The notes below the pieces were generated by a model. The model was not told the origin of the DNA. It saw nothing but the letters and a program-made list of their open reading frames with translations, and ran no database searches. A program made the translations under genes and the position numbers. From assembly GCA_017415485.1 (NCBI GenBank), contig JAFQGP010000009.1, positions 9,305-73,304 on the forward strand: DNA of 64,000 bases, given 5' to 3'. Each line of letters opens with the position of its first letter. Position 1 is the stretch's first letter. This document shows, piece by piece, positions 18,087 through 25,348 of this stretch. The DNA comes from Clostridia bacterium. Lineage in GTDB: Bacteria > Bacillota > Clostridia > Oscillospirales > CAG-272.

Positions 18087-18115
18087 TTGCAAAATCGCGA
18101 AAAATATTATATAAT
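18087..18115 (+). promoter_or_regulatory. sigma-A type promoter for efp
   Basis: TTGCAA (18087-18092), 17-nt spacer, TATAAT (18110-18115). GGAGG RBS before the ATG at 18157. Confidence 0.6.
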
Positions 18116-18156
18116 ATGGTGTAATTTTATGAAAACAAACCACGGAGGTATTTACA

Positions 18157-18714
18157 ATGGTAACAGCCGGCGATTTCAAAAACGGTGTAACATTCGAAAT
18201 GGAGGGCAACGTATTCCAGGTTGTCGAGTTCCAGCACGTTAAGCCCGGAAAGGGTGCGGCTTTCGTCCGCACAAAGATGAAGAACGTTATTACCGGTGCG
18301 GTAATCGAGCGTTCCTTCTCCCCCACAGACAAATTTGACAGCGCATATATCGAAAGAAGAGATATGCAGTATTCCTACAATGACGGCGATCTTTACTATT
18401 TCATGGACATGGAGTCCTTTGATATGGTTCCCCTCAACAAGGAAGTTCTTCCCGATTCCTTTAAGTTCGTAAAGGAAGAGATGATGTGCAAGCTTTGCTC
18501 CTTCAAGGGCAAGGTATTCAGCGTTGAGCCCCCCACATTCGTTGATCTCGAGATCACCGATACCGACCCCGGCTTCGCTGGCAACACTGCAACCAACACC
18601 CTCAAGCCCGCAACCGTTGAGACCGGCGCTGAGATCAAGGTTCCCCTCTTCATCGAGGTTGGCGAGGTCATCAAGATCGACACCAGAACCGGCGAGTATC
18701 TCTCTCGCGCATAA
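18157..18714 (+). CDS. efp: elongation factor P
   Basis: [16 protein letters not shown] loop and full-length EF-P-like sequence. Confidence 0.97.
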   Translation: MVTAGDFKNGVTFEMEGNVFQVVEFQHVKPGKGAAFVRTKMKNVITGAVIERSFSPTDKFDSAYIERRDMQYSYNDGDLYYFMDMESFDMVPLNKEVLPDSFKFVKEEMMCKLCSFKGKVFSVEPPTFVDLEITDTDPGFAGNTATNTLKPATVETGAEIKVPLFIEVGEVIKIDTRTGEYLSRA

Positions 18715-18732
18715 TCTCGGAGGACTCTGAAT

Positions 18733-19074
18733 ATGGCACTCAAGGAAAAGGCAGCTTATCTCAAGGGTCTTGCTGACGGTCTTGATTTCGACAAGACCAC
18801 CGCAGAGGGCAAGCTTATTGCCGCTATGCTTGAGCTTCTCGGCGAAATGACCGAGGCTATCGAGGAGATCGGCGAGAATATGGAATATCTCGGCGATTAC
18901 ATCGAAGAAGTGGACAAGGATCTCGGCGAGCTCGAGGAGTATTGCTACGAGGATGACTGCGACTGCTGCGATTGCGACGATTGTGATTGCGATTGCGACG
19001 ATTGCACTTGTCTTGCTTGCCTCGACGAAGAATTCGACTTCGACGACGAGGAAGAGGAAGAAGAGAACGAGTAA
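18733..19074 (+). CDS. highly acidic protein with Cys/Asp repeat tail (CD1247 N-terminal-domain-like)
   Basis: N-terminus AYLKGLADGLDFDKTTAEGKLIAAMLELLGEM resembles the conserved efp-linked clostridial family. The C-terminus is CYEDDCDCCDCDDCDCDCDDCTCLACLDEEFDFDDEEEEEENE. The gene lies 18 nt after efp. Confidence 0.75.
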   Translation: MALKEKAAYLKGLADGLDFDKTTAEGKLIAAMLELLGEMTEAIEEIGENMEYLGDYIEEVDKDLGELEEYCYEDDCDCCDCDDCDCDCDDCTCLACLDEEFDFDDEEEEEENE

Positions 19075-19086
19075 TTCTCGCATTAT

Positions 19087-19122
19087 AACGGGGCTGTGTT
19101 AACAAAAACGGCCCCGTTTTTG
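19087..19122 (+). terminator. intrinsic terminator of the efp operon
   Basis: AACGGGGC, 16-nt loop, GCCCCGTT, then TTTT. Confidence 0.7.
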
Positions 19123-19272
19123 TTAAGTGTAAAGTGAAAAGTGGAAAGTGAAAAGTTGTGGTAACTTTTTTCGCTGCGCTCAAAAAGTATTTTTATAAAA
19201 ATGGAAATTCCCGAGCGTCCGCGAGGAAATTGTCCTTAACTTTACACTTTACGCTTTTCACTTTACACTTAC
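19122..19272. repeat. heptamer inverted-repeat element HIR-3 (both arms)
   Basis: Left arm GTTAAGTGTAAAGTGAAAAGTGGAAAGTGAAAAGTT (19122-19157). Right arm AACTTTACACTTTACGCTTTTCACTTTACACTTAC (19238-19272). The arms have a 7-bp periodicity. Confidence 0.9.
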
Positions 19273-19323
19273 TTTAGTCAATCATCCGAATTTCATTTTT
19301 CCACCAAACAAAGGAGAAAGAAC

Positions 19324-20796
19324 ATGTCAAAGCCCAATATAATCTTAATAATGACCGATCAGCAGAGGTTTGATACTATCTCGGCACTCGGTAATGATAA
19401 GTACATAACGCCGAATCTCGACCGCTTGGCGCGGGAGGGTATGATCTTTGATAACTGTTTTTGCGTGTCGCCAACTTGTATGCCTTCGCGTGCGGCGCTG
19501 TTCAACTGCAAGTACCCGGGCAGAACGGGAGTTTACAGCAACAGCGACAGTTGGGAGCATTCCTGGGTCGAACAGCTTGCGGACGCGGGATATCATTGCA
19601 TAAACGTCGGAAAAATGCATACGTATCCTTATGATGCTCCTTGCGGATTCCATCAGAGATATGTTGTTGAGAACAAGGACCGCCGCTGCGATCAAATGGG
19701 ACTTGACAACAAATGCGGCCGCTTTGAGGACGAGCTTGACAAGTTCTTTTATTGGTCGGGGATGAAAAAGCCCGACAGAAAGTTCTTTGTTGAAAACTTC
19801 CCCGATTATCAGGACGCTGTCGGGTGCTTCACCTGGCCTTTTGAGGAAAAATTCCACCACGATGTCTTTGTCGGAGATATGGCTTTGCGCGTGATCGAGC
19901 ACAGAAAGACGGATGAACCCCTCTTTTTGCAGATCGGATTCCCCGGTCCGCACCCGCCCTTTGATCCGCCTCAGAGATTTATCGATATGTATGACGGCGT
20001 CGAATTTTCGGGCGAGATCATCAGCGCGGAGGAGGCAGACCGTCAGCCGAAGGCGCAGAGAATGTTCCGCGAAAGAGGAATGAAGCGCGGAATGGACGGC
20101 GTTGTCTGGCCTGCCGAGCCGACACCCGAGCAGATCAAGCGTATGCGCAAAAATTATGCCGCAAACGTGACGATGATCGACGAAAAGATCGGTCAGATAA
20201 TGGATTCGCTTCGTGAAAAAGGATACCTTGAGGACGCGATCGTCGTCTTCACCTCGGATCACGGCGAATGTCTCGGCGACCACAGACTTTTTGAAAAATG
20301 GTGTATGTATGATTGCATCACCCGCATCCCCGCGATCGTCTGGGGAAGCGAAAAGTACGTAAAATCTGGAGCACGAAGCGCGGAGCTTGTCGAGCAGTTC
20401 GACGTTATGCACACGGTGCTCGAAATGGCGGGGATCAAGCTCCCCGACGATTGCCAATCGATCTCTCTCGGTGCGTTCGACTCGGATATCAAGGGACGCG
20501 ACTGCGTTTTTGCCGAGCACGCCGTCGACCACGTCATGCGCGGCTGCGAGTTTATGACTATGGCAAGAACGAAGGACTACAAATTCGTTCACTACCAGAA
20601 CGAGGAGAGCGAGGACGAGCTTTACGACCTCGCAAGCGACCCCGAGGAGAGAGTCAACCTTTATCATAACGACCGCTACCACGCCGTCCGCGACAAGATG
20701 ATAATGCGAATGCTTGATTTCAAGTGTATGCACCATTATGGCGTTCCGGAGATCTATAAGGAATGCCTCAAGAACGAGCCGCCGGTGAAATTATAA
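19324..20796 (+). CDS. formylglycine-dependent sulfatase family protein
   Basis: IILIMTDQQR and SPTCMPSRAALF (C-x-P-x-R formylglycine motif). By eye the GC and codon usage are lower than in neighbouring genes. Confidence 0.9.
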   Translation: MSKPNIILIMTDQQRFDTISALGNDKYITPNLDRLAREGMIFDNCFCVSPTCMPSRAALFNCKYPGRTGVYSNSDSWEHSWVEQLADAGYHCINVGKMHTYPYDAPCGFHQRYVVENKDRRCDQMGLDNKCGRFEDELDKFFYWSGMKKPDRKFFVENFPDYQDAVGCFTWPFEEKFHHDVFVGDMALRVIEHRKTDEPLFLQIGFPGPHPPFDPPQRFIDMYDGVEFSGEIISAEEADRQPKAQRMFRERGMKRGMDGVVWPAEPTPEQIKRMRKNYAANVTMIDEKIGQIMDSLREKGYLEDAIVVFTSDHGECLGDHRLFEKWCMYDCITRIPAIVWGSEKYVKSGARSAELVEQFDVMHTVLEMAGIKLPDDCQSISLGAFDSDIKGRDCVFAEHAVDHVMRGCEFMTMARTKDYKFVHYQNEESEDELYDLASDPEERVNLYHNDRYHAVRDKMIMRMLDFKCMHHYGVPEIYKECLKNEPPVKL

Positions 20797-20936
20797 GTGT
20801 AGAGTGTAAAGTGAAAAGTGTAAAGTGGAGGAAACTTTTCGGCAAGCCGAAAAGTATAAATAATAAATGAAAATTTCCGAGCATAGCGAGGAAATTATCC
20901 TTAACTTTTCACTTTTCACTGTTCACTTTCCACTTC
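20795..20936. repeat. heptamer inverted-repeat element HIR-4 (both arms)
   Basis: Left arm 20795-20831 starts inside the sulfatase stop codon. Right arm CCTTAACTTTTCACTTTTCACTGTTCACTTTCCACTTC (20899-20936). Inner hairpins are ACTTTTCGG-CAAG-CCGAAAAGT and AATTTCC..GGAAATT. Confidence 0.9.
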
Positions 20937-20967
20937 TCAGACAAATATCTGTTTAAGGAGAAAGCAA

Positions 20968-21477
20968 ATGAACAACAATCCCTTCGACAATTACAAAGGC
21001 ACGTCGGATTCCGCGGTACGCGGAGGTATGCGCGAGCTGCCGATGAATTGGTATAAGTTCCTTATCTACGTCGCGCTGTGGTTTTCGGCGGCGGTGAACA
21101 TTCTCGGTGCGATCCCGTATTTTACGGGCACGTCTCAGACCGAGGAAGTGCTCGCGCAGTTCCCGATCCTCTCGACGATCGACCTCTTTTACGGTATTCT
21201 GACGCTCGGAATGGGCGCTTTGGCGATCTATACCCGCTTTGCGCTTGCGGGATATAAAAATACCGCCCCCCGCCTCATCGTTGGGCTCTATGCGTATGGC
21301 CTTGTCATTTCGCTTGCCTATAACGCCCTCGTGCTGTCGATCACCTCGTCGCTCTACGCCCCCGTCGATCTCATCATCACGGGTATGTCGGTCGGCACAT
21401 CGATGATCATCAACGTCGCAATGGTGATCTGCAACCATATTTATTTTAAGAAGAGGAAAAGACTTTTTAATAAGTGA
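20968..21477 (+). CDS. hypothetical multi-pass membrane protein
   Basis: 169 aa with about 4 predicted TM helices, AAGGAG RBS, and a clean terminator downstream. Confidence 0.65.
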   Translation: MNNNPFDNYKGTSDSAVRGGMRELPMNWYKFLIYVALWFSAAVNILGAIPYFTGTSQTEEVLAQFPILSTIDLFYGILTLGMGALAIYTRFALAGYKNTAPRLIVGLYAYGLVISLAYNALVLSITSSLYAPVDLIITGMSVGTSMIINVAMVICNHIYFKKRKRLFNK

Positions 21478-21484
21478 ATGTAAA

Positions 21485-21513
21485 GAAAATCCGCCGAGCG
21501 GCGGATTTTCTTT
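21485..21513 (+). terminator. intrinsic terminator
   Basis: GAAAATCCGCC-GAGC-GGCGGATTTTC followed by TTT. Confidence 0.75.
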
Positions 21514-21616
21514 AGTTAATGTCGGGCTTCGCCCGAGTTAAGATTGCCTGCGGCAAGTTAAGGTTCGCCTGCGGCGAAGTTGAAGGAGAATTTCCATCGC
21601 TTCGCTCGGAAATTTT
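21514..21616 (+). repeat. mini-hairpin array, GTTAA linker (3 units) plus GGAAATTT hairpin
   Basis: AGTTAAT gtcgggc-ttc-gcccgag, TTAAGA ttgcc-tgc-ggcaa, GTTAAGG ttcgcc-tgc-ggcgaa, GTTGAAG, then gagaatttcc..tcggaaattttc. Confidence 0.88.
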
Positions 21617-21655
21617 CGATTAAATTTCGCACTTGGTTACGTTTGGGCGAAAGAA

Positions 21656-21703
21656 CCTCGCGCGGCGCTCTATACCCTCCCAACCCTCCCGCAAGCGGGA
21701 GGG
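21656..21703 (+). repeat. CCCTCCC-GCAA-GGGAGGG hairpin repeat, copy C2
   Basis: CCTCGCGCGGCGCTCTATACCCTCCCAACCCTCCCGCAAGCGGGAGGG. Confidence 0.9.
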
Positions 21704-21753
21704 CAATTTTTATTATTCGATACCCCTAAATACTGCAAAAAATCCGCAAGCTA

Positions 21754-21782
21754 TTGACTGATTCGCGGTTATGCGATATAAT
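21754..21782 (+). promoter_or_regulatory. near-consensus sigma-A type promoter, about 280 nt upstream of the ECF sigma gene
   Basis: TTGACT (21754-21759), 17-nt spacer, TATAAT (21777-21782). A transcript from here would contain the whole B1 repeat. Confidence 0.55.
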
Positions 21783-21850
21783 TGATAAATAATTTGAAAA
21801 AACATAAAAAATGTTGTAAGATTTCCTTTTTCTCGGAGTCTTATGTTTAG

Positions 21851-22036
21851 CAATTGCATAATACAATAAAAATCGTTTTTTCGGCGGCTTTGCCGACCGA
21901 AAAAACACCGCTAAGACGAGCAAAGCGAGTTCGCGCGCCGAGGGGAGCTGTCAAAATCGAAGATTTTGACAAGCGGCGATAAGCGCGCGTATCCCCGCCG
22001 AGCGGGTCTCAATTGTAAAACGCAGTTTTACAATTG
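21851..22036 (+). repeat. composite repeat B1 ending in the 27-bp perfect palindrome CAATTGTAAAACGCAGTTTTACAATTG
   Basis: Shares modules in the same order with 29073-29266, 49534-49709 and, inverted, 44385-44552: GTTTTTTCGGCGGCTTTGCCGACCGAAAAAAC, CCGAGGGGAGC, TCAAAATCGAAGATTTTGA, GGCGATAAGCGCGCG. The palindrome is at 22010-22036. Confidence 0.92.
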
Positions 22037-22061
22037 TTTATTCGAAGGGAGGTGGAAAGTA

Positions 22062-22562
22062 ATGGAGTTCGAGGACATCTACAAAACGTATTTTAAGTCG
22101 GTCTACCTATACATAATGCAGCTTTCGGGGAACGAGCACGTCGCCGAGGAGATCACAAGCGAAACCTTTTTCAAAGCGATAAAGTCAATAAACGATTTCC
22201 GCGGCGACTGCGATATGCGTGTCTGGCTTTGCCAGATCGCGAAAAATACCTATTATTCGTACATAAAAAAGAACAAAAAGGTGATAAGCCTTGAGGAGTC
22301 GGGGCTTGCGAGCATATCCGATCCCGATGACCTTGTTGATTCGCGGCTCGGCGACCGCGAGGACGCGCGGCAGATACGCAAGATAATGCATTCGCTGCCC
22401 GATCCGTATAAAGAGGTCTTTATGTGGCGCGTTTTCGGGGAGCTTTCGTTTAAGGATATCGGCGATATTTACGGAAAAACCGATAACTGGGCTTGCGTTA
22501 CCTACCACCGTGCGGTAAAAATGATTCAAAAGAGAATGGAGGAGATCAAAAATGAAAAATGA
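22062..22562 (+). CDS. ECF-type RNA polymerase sigma-70 family factor
   Basis: Region 2 (AEEITSETFFKA..VWLCQIAKNTYYSY) and region 4 (FMWRVFGELSFKDIGDIYGKTDNWACVTYHRA). The ATG at 22062 follows GGGAGGTGG. The upstream extension in the track runs through repeat B1. Confidence 0.88.
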   Translation: MEFEDIYKTYFKSVYLYIMQLSGNEHVAEEITSETFFKAIKSINDFRGDCDMRVWLCQIAKNTYYSYIKKNKKVISLEESGLASISDPDDLVDSRLGDREDARQIRKIMHSLPDPYKEVFMWRVFGELSFKDIGDIYGKTDNWACVTYHRAVKMIQKRMEEIKNEK

Positions 22563-23295
22563 GTGCAGTGTTGTACGCGATATTTTGCCCCTGTACCTTG
22601 AAAATATGGTCAGCGAAGAAACCGCGGAGTCGATCAAGGAGCATATTGAAAATTGCCCCGATTGTGCCGCGGAATTTGAAGCTATGAGATCGGGCAAGAC
22701 GGTTGAAAAGATCGGGGAAGAGGCGCAAAGCGATATTGAAGCCGAGGTGTTGAGATCGATAAAAAATATACGCAAAAAATTCCGAAAAAAGGTTTTGCGC
22801 GTCGGGTCTTTGATCGCGGCTGTTATTGCGACCGTTCTGATCGCGGGAGGGCTTTTGCTCCACTTTTTCCCCGTATATCGGATTGCACAGATCAGTCTTA
22901 ACGATTATTACAGCAAAGATCAGATGAAAATGGTGCTTTATATTGGTTCGGCATCCGACCGCAGAGAAGCGCAGTCGGTGCTTCGCTTGGCTGACAAGGC
23001 ATTTAACGATACTCGCCACACGAGAGAAGAAAACGAGGCGGAATACGGCTTGCTTGCAAGATATGCAACCCCCACCGACAGCTACGAGGATGCGGCGTAC
23101 AACCTGCACACGCTCGAGCTGTGGAGTGCTCATCTTGAAGAAAACGAGGGCTGGATATGGGTCTACTATTCGTCGGAGACCTACGCGCACCTTGGAAACG
23201 TGATCTGCGGAAGTTGGCGTATTCCGTCGCTTTGGAAGGTGGAAAAGAACGAATCGGGCGAATGGGTGGTGGTTGATATCCGCGAGCATCCCTGA
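22552..23295 (+). CDS. zf-HC2 anti-sigma factor, single-pass membrane protein
   Basis: HIENCPDC H-x3-C-x2-C motif, a TM helix (VGSLIAAVIATVLIAGGLLLHFF), and an 11-nt overlap with the sigma gene. Confidence 0.8.
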   Translation: MKNECSVVRDILPLYLENMVSEETAESIKEHIENCPDCAAEFEAMRSGKTVEKIGEEAQSDIEAEVLRSIKNIRKKFRKKVLRVGSLIAAVIATVLIAGGLLLHFFPVYRIAQISLNDYYSKDQMKMVLYIGSASDRREAQSVLRLADKAFNDTRHTREENEAEYGLLARYATPTDSYEDAAYNLHTLELWSAHLEENEGWIWVYYSSETYAHLGNVICGSWRIPSLWKVEKNESGEWVVVDIREHP

Positions 23296-23313
23296 CGCAA
23301 AGAGGTACACAAA

Positions 23314-23892
23314 ATGTATTTCCCGGAAGATATGAATTTTCAATATTTCTTTTTTGACACTTATATCGGCTACTTCCTGCAAGCACTGCCGATCGCGTTG
23401 CTGGTGAGTGCGGTATACGGTTTTATCAGGTTCAAAAAAGATAAGGAAACACCGATTTTCAGAAAAGTGTTCTCTTGCGTGTTTGTTTGCTATATGACGG
23501 GACTTGCGTGCTTGGTCATAGGACTTGATTTAATGAATATGTTTTGGTATAAACTGCTTTACCGTATGGATCCGGGTTTTACGATAAATTGGTTTGGCGG
23601 GTATTTCGACTTTGTTCCCGATCTCTTTAACAATATCAGCGCGGAAACTATCGGAAATGTTTTGATGTTTATGCCATTTGGTATTCTGTATCCGTTAACA
23701 CAGAAAGACCCTGCGTGGAAGAAATGTGTTATCAAGGGACTGATCACAATTGCCGCTATTGAAGTCCTTCAACCGATTTTCGGAAGGGCGTTTGATATGA
23801 ACGATATTATTTTGGACTCGATCGGTATTGTTGTTTCGGTATCGGTTTTTGTGGGCGTAAAAAGAATGTTGAAAAAGAAAAAAGCTAAATAA
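23314..23892 (+). CDS. VanZ family membrane protein
   Basis: GNVLMFMPFGILYP and NDIILDSIGIVVS motifs with 4-5 TM helices. Visibly lower GC. Confidence 0.8.
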   Translation: MYFPEDMNFQYFFFDTYIGYFLQALPIALLVSAVYGFIRFKKDKETPIFRKVFSCVFVCYMTGLACLVIGLDLMNMFWYKLLYRMDPGFTINWFGGYFDFVPDLFNNISAETIGNVLMFMPFGILYPLTQKDPAWKKCVIKGLITIAAIEVLQPIFGRAFDMNDIILDSIGIVVSVSVFVGVKRMLKKKKAK

Positions 23893-23904
23893 AATACTGC
23901 AAAA

Positions 23905-23943
23905 GGCTGTCTGGTTAAGTAACACGAGACAGCCATTTGTTTG
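23905..23943 (+). terminator. intrinsic terminator after the VanZ gene
   Basis: GGCTGTCT, 14-nt loop, AGACAGCC, then ATTTGTTTG. Confidence 0.65.
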
Positions 23944-24001
23944 ATTGTTATTCTAATAAATAACGAGATTTATTTTTATTTTCCGGCTTTGTCAAATAAC
24001 G

Positions 24002-24153
24002 AGCTTGTAGGGGAGGGCGCCCTCGACCTCCCGAGCCCAACGAAATTATATCTGTTGTATTAAATCAATATAATTTAACTTTAGTTACTCGATTTTATCA
24101 ACGCTGTAATTTTGTGCGGTTCGGGAGGTCGAGGACGCCCTCCCCTACAAGCT
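24002..24153. repeat. IR-bounded element E (36-bp terminal inverted repeats, 80-bp AT-rich core)
   Basis: AGCTTGTAGGGGAGGGCGCCCTCGACCTCCCGAGCC (24002-24037) against the complement at 24118-24153, 2 mismatches. Confidence 0.9.
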
Positions 24154-24199
24154 ATTATATTGATTTTTGCCTGTTTTTGATAAAGGTGGACGAAAACTT

Positions 24200-24958
24200 T
24201 CAAGCTTTAATAAATGTGGTTTTTGCGTTTTCGGGCTTTTCGACGAGGTCGAAAAAGTCGGCGTCGGAGATTACGTAATCGACGTCTCCGATGTTGCACA
24301 GCTCAAGCAGGTAGGTCTTGCCGATCTTTGAGCTATCGCAGAGGTATACCTTTGTTGTCGAGCGTGTGAGAGCCTTGGCGACGACGTTGTGCTCGGGCTC
24401 GATGGCGGCAAGGAGTCTGCCGTCGGTCGAAACGCCCGTGGTCGAGAAAAAGCATTTGTCGATATGCAGGCGCGAGAGGTTGTCGATGGCGAATTGTCCC
24501 GTCAGAGCCATCGAATTGTTCATTCGCAGGCCGCCGAGGGAGTAGACGGTGAGGTTTGAAAGGTCCTCGAGCTGCTCGAGCGTATGTATTCCGTTTGTGA
24601 CGACGGTGAGGTGGTTGAATTTCGCAAGGTGCGCGACCATACAGAGCGCGGTCGATGAGGCGTCGATGAAGATGATGTCGCCGTCGCGGATCAGCTCCGC
24701 CGCGCGCTGACCGATGTTCAGCTTCGCCTCGGGCATATTTTTGCGTCGCAAAAGGATGGGAAGCCCCGCTTCCTCGCCGTAATTGAGCGTCGCTTTGCCA
24801 TAAGCGCGATGCAAAAGCCCGCGGCTCTCGAGTACCTGATAATCGCGGCGTATCGTCGATGGGCTGACGAAAAGCTTTTTCGCCAAATATCCCACCGAAA
24901 CATCGCCCCTCGCGCGTAATATCTCAAGTATCTGCTCATATCTTTCTTCTCTTGACAT
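24200..24958 (-). CDS. DeoR/GlpR family transcriptional regulator
   Basis: N-terminal HTH (ILEILRARGDVSVGYLAKKLFVSPSTIRRDYQVLESRGLLHRAYG) plus a DeoR C-terminal sensor domain. I prefer the ATG at 24958, because the track extension reads through repeat D3. Confidence 0.9.
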   Translation of the reverse strand: MSREERYEQILEILRARGDVSVGYLAKKLFVSPSTIRRDYQVLESRGLLHRAYGKATLNYGEEAGLPILLRRKNMPEAKLNIGQRAAELIRDGDIIFIDASSTALCMVAHLAKFNHLTVVTNGIHTLEQLEDLSNLTVYSLGGLRMNNSMALTGQFAIDNLSRLHIDKCFFSTTGVSTDGRLLAAIEPEHNVVAKALTRSTTKVYLCDSSKIGKTYLLELCNIGDVDYVISDADFFDLVEKPENAKTTFIKA

Positions 24959-24980
24959 AGTTCCCCTCCCAATCAAAATA

Positions 24981-25141
24981 GCGGAAAGTTTTCGTCCACC
25001 TTTTTCAAAAGGTGGCGCCGTCAAGGGCGCGTAGCCCTTGCCGTCCTCCGCAGAGGACGGAACTCCCTTTTGCGCTTCGAAACGGAGGCGGGACGCCTCC
25101 GTTTCGGAAGGAGTAAAAACTCCCCCTTCGGGGAGTTTTTT
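24981..25141 (+). repeat. concatenated-hairpin repeat D3
   Basis: Head GCGGAAAGTTTTCGTCCACCTTTTTCAAAAGGTGG, then these hairpins: CAAGGGC..GCCCTTG, CCGTCCTC-CGCA-GAGGACGG, CGAAACGGAGGCG-GGA-CGCCTCCGTTTCG and AAAAACTCCCC-CTTC-GGGGAGTTTTT. Confidence 0.88.
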
Positions 25142-25212
25142 GCTCCTTCGCTCTCTTTTTTACATCAAAATTATACCACAAATCGCGCATTCGGTCAAGG
25201 TCGAATCGAGCA

Positions 25213-25233
25213 AATACGCAAAGAATACGCAAA
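25213..25233. promoter_or_regulatory. 10-bp direct repeat AATACGCAAA x2 with 11-bp phasing (candidate DeoR operator)
   Basis: Copies at 25213-25222 and 25224-25233, about 55 nt upstream of the -35 of the divergent dehydrogenase promoter. Confidence 0.3.
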
Positions 25234-25287
25234 AATTGCGCGTTTTGAGCAAAAAAATGATTTTTTCATAAAAGATTGCACCCCTAC

Positions 25288-25316
25288 TTGCATAATCGGG
25301 GTTTATATGATATAAT
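25288..25316 (+). promoter_or_regulatory. sigma-A type promoter with extended -10 for the dehydrogenase-aldolase operon
   Basis: TTGCAT (25288-25293), 17-nt spacer, TGaTATAAT (TATAAT at 25311-25316). Confidence 0.65.
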
Positions 25317-25348
25317 CAAGATAATATAAATATATACGGAGGCTGAAA

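Noticed and set aside
18127-19083. 318-aa minus-strand ORF covering efp and the acidic Cys/Asp gene.
   Set aside because: efp on the plus strand is unambiguous. The antisense product is a low-complexity mirror of the acidic repeats (runs of Ile, Val, Ala, Leu, Glu and Phe).
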